A stretch of 64,000 nt of DNA from Candidatus Moraniibacteriota bacterium (GCA_016699795.1 CP065011.1:755449-819448), one strand, 5' to 3'; positions 18,854 to 29,838 are shown, counted from the stretch's first letter. Made by a program: numbers and translations. The notes: generated by a model from the sequence alone, not told the origin.

Positions 18854-20026
18854 TTGTCCATTATGCTGTACTATAGTCTATATAAAGTATTAAGCCAAAA
18901 GAGTATGTACAGAAGGCAAATAGAGCGTATCAAAAAGGATCTTGAGAAAAAAATGGTTTTTATCGTGGGTCCTCGCCAGGTTGGAAAAACATGGCTTTCC
19001 AAAGAAATCGGCAAGAGCTTTGAACATGCAGTTTATCTCAATTATGATCGATCACAAGATCGTCAAATTATACAAAAAGAAATTTGGCCTCAGAAAACCG
19101 AACTCTTGATTTTTGATGAACTTCACAAAATGAAAGGATGGAAGACCTATCTTAAAGGTGTTTTTGATACAAAACCCGAACATTTAAAAATTTTAGTCAC
19201 AGGAAGTGCTCGGCTCAATACATTTCGTAAGGCTGGTGATTCGTTGGTTGGTCGGTTTTTTGTACATCAACTTCTTCCTTTTTCTCTTTCAGAGCTTAAA
19301 TATGCAAAAGTTTTCTTTGATATAGATCGATTTATTGTGCGGGGTGGTTTTCCAGAACCGTTTTTGGCCGAAAGTGATCAAGATGCTGATCGATGGAGGA
19401 ATCAATATGCTGATGGTTTGATAAGACAAGATATTTTAGATTTTGAAACCGTTCACAATTTTCGAGCTATACAAATGGTATTGGATTTACTTCGAGAAAA
19501 AGTCGGTTCACCTGTTTCATATCGTTCGATTGCTGAAGATGTGCAAATTTCTCCCACGACGGTTAAAAGATACATTGAAATTTTTGAGAGCCTCTCTATT
19601 GTTTTTAGAATTACCCCCTATTCAAAAAATATCGCACGCTCGATTTTGAAAGAACCAAAAATATATTTCTTTGATACGGGTATGGTTTCTGGAGATGATG
19701 GGGCAATGTTTGAAAATTTTGTAGCATTGAGTTTGTTTAAACATGTTTTGGGAAAAAGTGATGAAACGGGAAAGACATTTGATCTTCGATATCTCCGAAC
19801 CAAAGAAGGAAAAGAAGTTGACTTTGCTGTGACTGAAAATGGTAAAATTATTGAGATTGTTGAAGCGAAGTTAAAAGATGATGAATTAAATACTACATTG
19901 AAATACTTTTTCAAAAAATACGCACTTAAATCAGTCCAAGTGGTCAAAGAAATCAAAAGAGAAAAAACGATTGAGAATATAGAGATAGTATCGGCACGAA
20001 ACTATCTAAAAGACCTTTATTTATAA
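18854..20026 (+). CDS. AAA-family ATPase (AAA_14 plus DUF4143-type)
   Basis: Walker A VGPRQVGKTWL and Walker B LLIFDELH. Size ~390 aa and C-terminal region match the widespread AAA+DUF4143 ATPases. Stop lies 14 bp before the giant gene ORF. Confidence 0.8.
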   Translation: MSIMLYYSLYKVLSQKSMYRRQIERIKKDLEKKMVFIVGPRQVGKTWLSKEIGKSFEHAVYLNYDRSQDRQIIQKEIWPQKTELLIFDELHKMKGWKTYLKGVFDTKPEHLKILVTGSARLNTFRKAGDSLVGRFFVHQLLPFSLSELKYAKVFFDIDRFIVRGGFPEPFLAESDQDADRWRNQYADGLIRQDILDFETVHNFRAIQMVLDLLREKVGSPVSYRSIAEDVQISPTTVKRYIEIFESLSIVFRITPYSKNIARSILKEPKIYFFDTGMVSGDDGAMFENFVALSLFKHVLGKSDETGKTFDLRYLRTKEGKEVDFAVTENGKIIEIVEAKLKDDELNTTLKYFFKKYALKSVQVVKEIKREKTIENIEIVSARNYLKDLYL

Positions 20027-20040
20027 AAATAAATTCCTTC

Positions 20041-23000
20041 TTGTTCCAAAGGTGTTTCTGTGGTACTTTTAAGAGTGTTCTTCTCGATACTTCAAAAAGA
20101 AAAAAGATGCATGAAGCAACCATAAAAAGACAATCATTTTTTTCTTTTTCTCTCTCCCTCTTACTCGGATGTCTTGGAGCCTTTTTTTCTTTTTCTTCTC
20201 CTACTCATGCTTCCACTGTAACCTGGACAGGAACAACAAGCACTGCTTGGACTACAGTAACGAACTGGAATACAGGAACTGTTCCTACAAGCACAGATGA
20301 TGTTGTTATAAATTACACAGGAACGAATCAACCTACACTCGATGTAAATGGTGGAACCATTACTATACAATCTCTTACTCTTGGAGGAGGAGCATCAACT
20401 TCTACTCTTACTATGAGTAATGGGTATAGACTCGATGATATCAATAGAAAACTTCTTGTTACGGGAAATGTTACGATTCTTGATAAAGGATATCTTACGC
20501 ATACAGCAAACGGATCAGCGGAAACGCATAGACTTCTCATGAGTGTCGGAGGGAATCTCGATGTTCAAACTGGAGGACAGATTAATGTAGATGGGAAGGG
20601 GTATGCGGATGGATCAACTCCAAGCGGATCAAGAACGAGTGGTGTTGCAGGTGGAACTTATGGGGGAGTCGGGAGTAGTAGTGTTGTTGCAACATATGGT
20701 TCCATTAATCATCCTGTTAATATTGGAGGTGCTGGTTATTATAATAATGGAGGGATCGGTGGGGGATCGGTGGTTATATTCACAATTGGGAATATAATTA
20801 TAAATGGAAAAGTGACATCAAAAGGAATAACTGCTGGAGGTGCTGGTGGCTCAGTAAATATCTTAGGAGATTTCTTTTCTGGTTCCGGATCTGTTGAAGT
20901 AAATGGCTCATCTCTTGCTGGATATAATGGTGGTGGCGGTCGCATTGCCGTAAAACTCACCTCCGGAAATGATTTTGGATTCGTCACGATGCAAGCGTAT
21001 GGAGCCCCCGGAGCTGGCGCTGGAACCGTCTACACCGAGACTGCAAGTCAAGGATCCGGAAATGGAACGGTGATTATTGATAATAATAATGTTTCTTCTT
21101 CTGTATTTACCGCTATTCCTTCTACCCAAACTTGGACTATTAAAAATCTAATTGTAAAAAACAAAGGAAAAATCAGCGTTCCTACCGGGACCACTCTCAT
21201 ACTTGATAATCCCGATTCTGTAACCGGACTTTCTGGAGTCTCCGCAATAGAAAGTGGTATCGCTCTTCGAGGAGGAATTTTTGATCTTCCTCAGGGGTCT
21301 CTTACTATTGAAAACTGGGCGCTTATTGCAGATCTTCCTCATACGCTCAATGGAGATATTACGGTAAAATCCGGAGGGTATATGACGCATAGCGCTAACA
21401 CGAATACGGAAGCATACAAAATGAACCTTACAATTAATGGTAATCTCGATGTTCAAACCGGAGGACAGATTAATGTAGATAGGAAAGGGTATGGAACAGG
21501 ATATGGACCAGGATATTGTGGTGAAAGGGGTGCTTATGGAGGACAAAGTGAAAATGTAAGCTGTCTAACATACGGATCTATAATGAATCCTATAAATTTA
21601 GGATCTGATAGTGGAGGAGGTGCTGTTATTTTGAATATTTTTGGAGTAACTACCTTAAATGGTACTATTTCATCTAGTAGTTTTGATGCTTATAGAGGGT
21701 CTGGAGGAGGTGTAAATATTATCACTCATATTCTTAATGGATCAGGTTCAATTAAGACAACTGCAATGTCTCGTTCTGGTGGTGGACGAATTGCGGTAAA
21801 ACTTACTTCCGGAAATGACTTCGGATCCGTTGTTATGCAAGCGTATGGTGCAGCTGCCGGCACCATCTACACCGAAACCGCAAGTCAGGGCACGGGAAAC
21901 GGAGCAGTAACGATTGATAATAACAATCAAACTTCTTCCGTTTTCACTGCTATCCCCTCCACTCAAACATGGACCATTAAAAATCTAGTCGTAAAAAATA
22001 GAGGAAAAATCAGCGTTCCTACCGGGACCACTCTCATACTTGATAATCCCGATTCTGTAACCGGACTTTCTGGAGTCTCCGCAATAGAAAGTGGTATCGC
22101 TCTTCGAGGAGGAATTTTTGATCTTCCTCAGGGGTCTCTTACTATTGAAAACTGGGCGCTTATTGCAGATCTTCCTCATACGCTCAATGGAGATATTACG
22201 GTAAAATCCGGAGGGTATATGACGCATAGCGCTAACACGAATACGGAAGCATACAAAATGAACCTTACAATTAATGGTAATCTCGATGTTCAAATTGGAG
22301 GAAAGATTAATGTGGATGGGAGGGGATATGGGGCGGGGTATGGACCGGGAATTTGTAAATACAATAATACTTTTACTGCTTCATATGGAGGAAATAATAT
22401 AGTGGATTGTGGCGGATTTGTTTACGGATCTCTTTATAATCCAGTTAATTTAGGAACTGGAGGGAATAATAATTCAGGGGGGGGGATCTATTGTTTTGAA
22501 TGTTGCTGAATCAGTAATTATTTCTGGCTCAGTAACAGCAAATTCTGGATCTTCAAGTAATACAGGCACAGGAGGATCTATTAATATAATTACTGGAAGC
22601 ATAAGTGGTTCAGGATCTTTAAAGGCAAATATGATTTCTAATGCTGGCGGAAGCAGTGGTGGTCGCATCGCCGTTAAACTTACTTCAGGAAATGATTTTG
22701 GGTCGATTGTAATGCAGGTATTTGGAGGACCCTCAGGATGTGGAGCTTTTCCTTGTGGAACCGCAGCAGCCGGCACTATCTACACTGAAACTGCCTCTCA
22801 AGGCCCCAACAATGGCACCCTCACCATAGACAATAACAATCAAACAGCTACCGTCCAAACCCTCATCCCCCAAGACAACTTCACCAACAACTCCCTCTCC
22901 CTTGGAAACATCATTGTAAAAAACAAAGGACTTCTTGCCATTCCTACAGGAACCACTCTTAACACTACAGGAGACATAACCATAGGAACTCTTAACTCTT

Positions 23001-26000
23001 CTACTGACACCTCACACATAGTAGCCAATGGAACAGGAACTCTCATTTCTACCAATCTCACTATTCATGGAGTAAGTGGTACAGGAGCATCCATAAACAC
23101 CAACACGAAAGGTTACACTCCTACTCTTGGAACAGGAGCAGGAACAACAGGCTCTCTTGGATATGGATCAGGAGGAACATATGGAGGAAGAGGAGGAAAT
23201 AGTAGTGATGGAGCAACTTCCCCTAACACCTATGGAAATGACTTTGTTCCCGAAGATCTTGGAAGTGGAGGAGGAAAGTCTACAGGAGGAACAGGAGGAG
23301 GAGATATACGAATCAGAACGAATAACAATCTCAACCTCTATGGAACCATATCCAGTAACGGTAGCGCTGGACTCACCAATGGTGGAGGAGGATCAGGAGG
23401 ATCTATAAACATACTCTATGCAAAAAACTTCACCATAAACGGTGGAAAGCTTCAAGCCAATGGTGGGGCGGGACAAGGTGGTGGAGGAGGAGGGGGAGGA
23501 GGAAGAATCGCCTATGCCTATGAAAACAAAACATTTACCAATCAAACGATTCAAACACTCGGAGGAACAAAAGGAGCTACCGCACCTGCAACTGATGGAA
23601 GCGCAGGTTCACTTAAATCTGGATACCTTGCTGGTTCTCTTATCTCTTCAGCATTTGATTCCAGTAGTGATGCTAATGTCATGGGAACAATAGAATGGAA
23701 AGAAAATGAAATACTCCCAACAGGTTCTTCAGTAACTCTTTCTCTCAAAACTGCAGGAACGAAAGGAAATCTTTCTTCTTCCCCCTGGATACAAATAGCA
23801 CAATCTACTCCCTCTTCTCTTACTACACATTGTACAAAAAACAATACAACGGTAAGTTGCACAGCCAGTGCTATCCCTCAAGATATGAAAGATATCTTTG
23901 AAGATCGCTTCTTTCAATACAAAGTAGATCTTTCTTCTCCTGACCTTCTTTCTCAACCTCAAGTCGATGATGTAAAAGTAGGCTATGTTGTGAATGCTTT
24001 CCCTATGATTCAAAATGTAACCACTACTCCCAATACTGATAAAACAGTAACTATCACGTACGAAACAAAAGATGAAGATACCAATACCGGAACCAATACT
24101 CCAGGAATAGTTACTCCGAGCTTTGAATACTACAATGGAAGTAGTTGGATCAATATCGCTTCCAATACTCTAGCTCCCGAAGATATACAAAACAAAACAG
24201 TGAATCAAGATACGTACACAACACACAGTGCTACCTGGACTCCTTCTCTCGTAAGTGAATCTTTCTATCTTACCAATGCAAAAATCCGTGTAACCGTAAG
24301 TGACAATGAAGGAGCGAATAATATCGCACGAGCTGAATCAAATACCTTTACCCTCGATACAAAAACTCCCACCAATCCCTCCCTCCTTGTTGATGCTTCC
24401 ACTCAAGACCTCACCATTCCCTCCACCACATCTGTTCTTACTCTTGGAGTCAGTGATGACTCTCCAACACAGATGAAGATTTCTCTTGACGAAAACCTTA
24501 CCAACTCTCCTTGGGAACCTTTTAATGCAACGGTAACAATAAAACTCGAAACTGATCCCGACATTGTCTATACTCGCTTCAAAGATCAATACGGGAATGA
24601 AACACAAACCATACACACAACTACTCCAGAAACTCCTACACGAGTCATTTCTCAAGATACGAGTAATATGCTTCTTACCCCTCCAGAATACCGAGCCTTC
24701 GTAGGATTCAAAACAATAGAAGAACCTCCAACAGGATTCGGAAACTACAAACTCTATAGAAGTGATGACGCTACTACCTATACGCTTCAAAATATCATAA
24801 CCTCAAGAACAACAAACTTCCTTACTGATGCTACCCCACAACCAGACATTCTCTACACCTACAAAGCAAAGACAACAGACACACCAGGAAATGTTTCTTT
24901 CTTCTCACAAACCGTTACGATGAAAGCAAATGGTATTCAAGACTTCGGAGAAGGTGGAGGAGGATCAGATCAAACCCCTCCTGTTCTACAAAACGTAACC
25001 GTAGAATCTAAAGACACCACAACCGTAACTATCACATGGGAAACAGATGAACTCTCTGACTCTCGTGTAGAATATGCAACCACTCCCAACACCTATACCA
25101 AACAAACAGGAGTCTCTACCTATGCTGACACCCAAGCACAATCAGGACTTCATAGAGTCACTCTTACCAACCTCACACCAAACACTCCCTACTTCTTTAG
25201 AGTTGCCTCTACTGATCCTCAAGGCAATACCGGAGTCAATGACAATAATGGCAATGGATATGAAGTCACAACGAATCCTGGACCTTCTATCAGTGGTGTA
25301 GCGGTATCAAGTGCTTCTAACACACAAGCAACCATATTCTGGAATACGAATGTCCCTGCAGACTCTGTACTCCATTACAGTGAAAACAAGAATGGATCTC
25401 TTATCGATCCTATCACTCTCTCCGGATCAAGTGTTCTTACAAAAAATCATCAAGTAACCTTAGATGCTCTTACTCAAGGAACCACCTACTATTTCTACGT
25501 TACCTCCACCGACTCACAAGGAAACATTGCCAATGACAATAATGGAGGAAACTATTTTCAATTCTCTACAACACTCGACGAAACACCTCCTACCATAACG
25601 AATCTTCAAACATCTCTTATCTCAAATGACAAAGCAGTTATTACAGCAAACACAGATGAAGAAGCATCCTTCCTCCTTCAGTACAGAAAAAAAGGAAGCC
25701 TTACCTTCACACAAACAGAACAAGGAACAACATACGATAGATCTCACTACAGGGTACTCGATACTCTTACTCCTGATACAGAGTATGAATATCAAGTGAG
25801 TGTTAAAGATATCAATCAAAACGAATCACAGAGTGATATACAAACAATGAAAACAACCTTAGATCCAGAATACAATCATGCACCTCTTTCAAAGATTCAT
25901 ACTATCAGTGATCCTCCTAAAGTACTCACTGATCAAAAAGCAGTCATAACCTTCCAGACGGATCAAGCAGCAAACTGCATCCTTGAATATGGAACCCAAT

Positions 26001-27415
26001 CAAGAAACTACCAAGAAGTTCCTCAAACAGAAGCGACAGGAATCTATGACACACTCCATTCCCTGCATCTTGGAGGACTCATCTTTAACACAACCTACTT
26101 CTACAAACTTCTTTGTGAAGATAATCTTGGAACCCTCATAGAGAGTGAAGAAAAAAGCTTCACAACAAAACTCAAACAAGTAGACAGTGGAAGTGAACAA
26201 GCAGAATCTACTCCTCCCTCTATCTCAGGAGTCAAAGTCAAAGACATTACAGGAGAGAGTGCAGTGGTGAGTTGGGAGACGGATGAAGTTTCTGATAGTA
26301 GAGTAAAATATGGTACGACAAAAGACCTTGAATATGCCACAATTGATAGTATTACAGGTTTCGACCCCACCAAATACACCACCTCCCACTCCGTAACTCT
26401 TCGAGGTCTCATCCCATCTACTAAATACTTCTTCTCCACAGGATCTTCCGACACCGCCGGAAACATAGGCACCTCCTCCCAACAAACCTTCCAAACGCAA
26501 TCTCCTTCTTCCATCTCTTCCATTAAAGCTTCTTCCAAACAAATAGGGGAAACAACTATCACATGGAAAACTTCCACTCCCACTACCTCTATTGTTGAAT
26601 ATGGAAACACAGAAAACTATGGACAAACAAGAAAAAGTGAAGAACTCAAAAAAGATCATGAAATTATCATAAACAATCTTTTAGAAAACTCTACCTACCA
26701 CTTCCGAGTAAAAGGAGAAGATGAATCAAAAAATCTCTTCTCTTCTTCCGACTCTACCTTTGAACCAAAGTCTCCACCACAAATCAAAGAAATCAAGATA
26801 GAAGTTCTTTCAGACAGAGAAGCAAAAGTAAACTTCCTTACTGATACTCTTACCGACTCTCTTGTAACCTACAAAAACAAAAACAAAGAAGAAGATCAAA
26901 AGAGTGAAGGAAATCCCTCCCTCCTCCAAACTCACTCCCTCACCCTCAAAGAACTCACTCCTGGAGAAAACTACGTTCTTACTGTACGAGTCAGAGATGA
27001 TATGGGAAATGAAACTCTCTCTGATGAGATAGAATTCACTATGCAAAAAGATGAAACTTCTCCTACAGTAGAAAGAGTCTCTACCGACTCCGCTCTTTCA
27101 CAAAACGGAAAAGTACAAATGATTATTAACTGGCAAACAGATGAAGATGCTTCTTCCTCCCTCATCTACAAAGAAGGAAGAGCAGGAGAAGAAAAAACAG
27201 TGAATGTAAGTTCTTCCCCAACAAAGAATCACATCATTGTACTCACCTCTTGGAAACCAGGAACTCTCTACTCTTACAAAGTCATAGTAAAAGATCTGAG
27301 TGGGAATGAAACCATAACCAAAGACTACATCACCCTTACACCACAAACAAAAGAATCTGTTGTAGAACTCATCATAAAGAACTTCAAAGAAATCTTTGCT
27401 TGGACGGGAGGGTAG
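20041..27415 (+). CDS. Giant secreted surface protein, copy 1 (beta-helix-like Gly-rich module array plus ~10 FN3-like domains); interrupted by a 1-nt frameshift at a G9 tract
   Basis: ORFs 20041-22509 and 22496-27415 join into one ~2457-aa protein if one G is removed from the tract at 22477-22485 (gives ...NNNSGGGSIVLNVAESVIISGSV, matching sibling modules such as GGGAVILNIFGVTTLNG). Signal peptide follows the Met at 20107 (FFSFSLSLLLGCLGAFFSFSSPTHA). Contains ~280-aa tandem modules (GNLDVQTGGQINVD...GRIAVKLTSGNDFG...AGTIYTETASQG...TIDNNN) and repeated W-x-T-D...Y-G/Y-F-R-V FN3-like domains. Confidence 0.85.
21167..21478 (+). repeat. Intragenic ~312-bp near-perfect direct repeat (partner 22005-22316)
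   Basis: Encodes the identical ~104-aa stretch KISVPTGTTLILDNPDSVTGL...NLTINGNLDVQ in two successive modules of giant gene 1. The DNA is essentially identical. Confidence 0.8.
22477..22485 (+). repeat. G9 homopolymer at the frameshift site of giant gene 1
   Basis: Nine consecutive G at 22477-22485. Reading frame switches exactly here; G8 would give a continuous ORF. Confidence 0.85.
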
Positions 27416-27425
27416 GAGGGGAGAT
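24352..27425 (+). repeat. 3.06-kb block essentially identical to 60652-63726 (3' halves of the two giant genes)
   Basis: Translations are identical over ~1020 aa from LDTKTPTNPSLLVDASTQDL to the stop and a few bp beyond. The one exception is an ~80-bp divergent patch at 26290-26370 / 62590-62670. Confidence 0.9.
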
Positions 27426-27652
27426 TTATAAGGAAGAGGGATCTTTTGACTCATACGGTCGAAAAGAGAGAGGAAAATTTATTTATCTTGATTTTTAGCA
27501 AGGTATATTTCTTAAGGGGACGAAGAGAATTTTTCTCGATTGTACACCACATACTCTTGACAAAAATAAAAAATATCAGTAAATTTTGTTTTACTTGAAG
27601 AGAAAATTTCAAGGTATTTTTCAGTTCTTTCCTAAAATAGAGAGGTTGTTCT

Positions 27653-28162
27653 ATGAGTGTATTATCTGAGATTCGGAGAATTCTCTGCGAGAATCAAAAT
27701 GTGATTCTCGTCGATGAAAAAGAGCAAGTAAATATAGGTGGAGAATACAGGCGAGGAAAGGATCATATTATAGACATGTTCATCGCTCCCAATAAAAGTG
27801 GGACATTATATGATCCAGACTCACTGCAAAAGTTGTTAAATTCTTTCGACTTTGGTTATGAAGCGTTCCAAACGAACCCTTTTTTAATTGAAGATGGAAG
27901 AATGGAACTAGGTTCTCTTTTTTTTGAGGAGAAAGTTGGGAAAGTTTCCATTACAACGCAGATAACTATCTTTGATGAAGAGTTATCAAAAAGTAGTCTA
28001 TCTGGAAATGTAAAGGAGAAAACGACTTGTCGAGATATGTATAGACATATACATGTGAGGTTATTCCCCAATATAGAAATTGCTCAGATGGCAATTTTTG
28101 AGGGAGGTTTCATGTCTCGTATCACTCTTCGAGAACTTGAAAATTATAAAAAGAAAAAATAA
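27653..28162 (+). CDS. Hypothetical protein
   Basis: 169-aa ORF with a good start context and a terminator downstream. No motif recognised. Confidence 0.4.
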   Translation: MSVLSEIRRILCENQNVILVDEKEQVNIGGEYRRGKDHIIDMFIAPNKSGTLYDPDSLQKLLNSFDFGYEAFQTNPFLIEDGRMELGSLFFEEKVGKVSITTQITIFDEELSKSSLSGNVKEKTTCRDMYRHIHVRLFPNIEIAQMAIFEGGFMSRITLRELENYKKKK

Positions 28163-28180
28163 AAGGATTCTATTTATTTT

Positions 28181-28213
28181 CCGTCGATACCTATGTATAT
28201 CGACGGTTTTTTA
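28181..28213 (+). terminator. Rho-independent terminator
   Basis: ccgtcgata-cctatgta-tatcgacgg followed by tttttta. Confidence 0.6.
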
Positions 28214-28315
28214 TTTTCAAATGTATGAATAGAAAAGAGAATAAAAGATAAAATTTTATTCAAAGAGAAAAATACTCCATGAAGAGATATTTCCAAATAA
28301 AATTTTTATAGAAAT

Positions 28316-28368
28316 TTGACATTTATTTCGAGACTGTATACTATAAATGCAAATGATTTGCATTTATT
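28316..28368 (+). promoter_or_regulatory. Sigma70-like promoter (TTGACA-N17-TACTAT) overlapped by a perfect palindromic operator (putative Zur box)
   Basis: -35 ttgaca at 28316-28321 and -10 tactat at 28339-28344. Palindrome aaatgcaaat-g-atttgcattt at 28345-28365 (extended, taaatgcaaatgatttgcattta) lies immediately upstream of the Fur-family gene. Confidence 0.55.
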
Positions 28369-28800
28369 ATGAAAAAAGACACGAGCCATTTCCAACAAAA
28401 GGGAAAAAAAAGAATGACGAAGGTCAGAAAAGCTCTTTTGTCTTTGTTTGAAGTCCAGGACAAACCTTTTTCAGCAGAAGAAGTTGCTCAATATTTGAAG
28501 AGTTTAAATATAGTCTTTGATCTTACTACGGTATACCGACAATTACAGTCATTTAAAGAGGAGGGTTTTCTTGAATATTGCGATATTCCCGGTCAAACCA
28601 GATTTTATGAAGTAAAAAATCAACATCATCATCACTTTGTTTGTGAACAATGTGAAGAAAAAGAATGTTTTGAAGAAGATTTTATGAAAGAGGCTTTACA
28701 AAAAGCAATATTTTTTTTGGAGTCTTGTGGATTAAAGGTTCGATCTCATTCATTTTCGTTTTCAGGTTTATGTAAAAAATGTCAGATGTATAAAAAATAA
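28369..28800 (+). CDS. zur: Fur-family metalloregulator (zinc uptake regulator Zur-like)
   Basis: Fur-family motifs HHHHFVCEQCEEKECF and a C-terminal CKKC. Directly precedes znuACB. The true start may be the Met at 28414 (MTKVRKALLSLFEV). Confidence 0.75.
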   Translation: MKKDTSHFQQKGKKRMTKVRKALLSLFEVQDKPFSAEEVAQYLKSLNIVFDLTTVYRQLQSFKEEGFLEYCDIPGQTRFYEVKNQHHHHFVCEQCEEKECFEEDFMKEALQKAIFFLESCGLKVRSHSFSFSGLCKKCQMYKK

Positions 28801-28824
28801 TGTATAAAAGGAAATATAGTCTTT

Positions 28825-29838
28825 ATGAATAAGAAAAATCAATTTATTGTAGGGTTTGGTTTTTTAGGAATTTTTTTTATCCTCGGATCTCTTTTTCTTT
28901 TTCTAAAAAAAGATACTCAGGAAATAATGCCTGTTTCAGAAGAATTTGAGAAAAAAGAAAAGCTTCAAATAATTGCGAGTTTTTATCCAATAGCTTTTAT
29001 GGCAGAAGAAATTGGGGGAGATCGTATAAACGTTATTAATATTGCGGAAGCTAAAGATGTGCATTCGTATCAACCAACTCCCGGAGATATTGCAAAAATG
29101 TTTGATTCAAACCTTGTTATTTTTCAGGGAAAAGGGCTTGAATTATGGACGGAAGATTTGCCTGTGCAATTGGAAGATAAGGGCGTAAAAACACTTTCTC
29201 TTTTTGACCAAATGGATTCGGTGGAAAGTATTTCTCAAGAAATTATAAAGGTCGACGATGAAGATCATTCATCACATTCAGATGAAAAAGAGGCATCTCT
29301 CGAAGAAGAACATAATCATGGGTCTTTTGATCCTCATATGTGGCTTGATCCAGTGCTTGCACAAAATATGATAGATTTCATAGAAAAGAAATTTTCAGAA
29401 ATAGACAGTGAATACGCATCTTCTTATAAGAAAAACGCAGAAAATCTAAAAAATCGTTTTAAAGAAGTGGATAGAAAATATGCAGAAACTCTTGATGTAT
29501 GTCAACGAAATGAGGTGATTGTTTCTCATGATGCATTTAGATACATTGCTCGTCGTTATGGGTTTACTACACATGCTATAGCTGGACTTTCGACTATGGA
29601 TGAACCATCTGCTAAGATTCTTACTGAATTAAAGGAGGAAGCTCGTGAGGGAATTACCCATATTCTTGTAGAAGAGGGAGGTTTGAAACGTTTTTCCGAA
29701 ACTCTCTCTTTAGAGACGGGTCTTTCCATGTTAGAAATTAATCCTCTTGGACGAGGTCCTCTTGACGAAAATAAAGATTTTTTCGATGTACTTGATTCAA
29801 ATTTATATTCATTTTCTCAAGCGCTTGGATGTAATTGA
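28825..29838 (+). CDS. znuA: Zinc ABC transporter substrate-binding protein (ZnuA/TroA-like, cluster 9)
   Basis: Signal/anchor sequence. His/acidic-rich loop DDEDHSSHSDEKEASLEEEHNHGSFDPHMWLDP typical of ZnuA. Conserved DPHMWLDP metal-binding region. Confidence 0.8.
   Translation: MNKKNQFIVGFGFLGIFFILGSLFLFLKKDTQEIMPVSEEFEKKEKLQIIASFYPIAFMAEEIGGDRINVINIAEAKDVHSYQPTPGDIAKMFDSNLVIFQGKGLELWTEDLPVQLEDKGVKTLSLFDQMDSVESISQEIIKVDDEDHSSHSDEKEASLEEEHNHGSFDPHMWLDPVLAQNMIDFIEKKFSEIDSEYASSYKKNAENLKNRFKEVDRKYAETLDVCQRNEVIVSHDAFRYIARRYGFTTHAIAGLSTMDEPSAKILTELKEEAREGITHILVEEGGLKRFSETLSLETGLSMLEINPLGRGPLDENKDFFDVLDSNLYSFSQALGCN

Noticed and set aside
20041-27415. A diversity-generating retroelement (DGR) targeting the giant surface proteins.
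   Set aside because: No reverse-transcriptase gene or template repeat is present in the window. The one divergent patch between the copies (26290-26370 vs 62590-62670) shows substitutions at all bases rather than adenine-specific changes.
22474-27454. Numerous minus-strand ORFs of 60-170 aa inside the giant genes (for example 22474-22776, 24338-24790, 26101-26610, 26225-26659), with mirrored copies at 58721-63647.
   Set aside because: They lie antisense to a long, domain-rich, internally repetitive coding sequence and have low-complexity translations. They are duplicated only because the underlying gene is duplicated.
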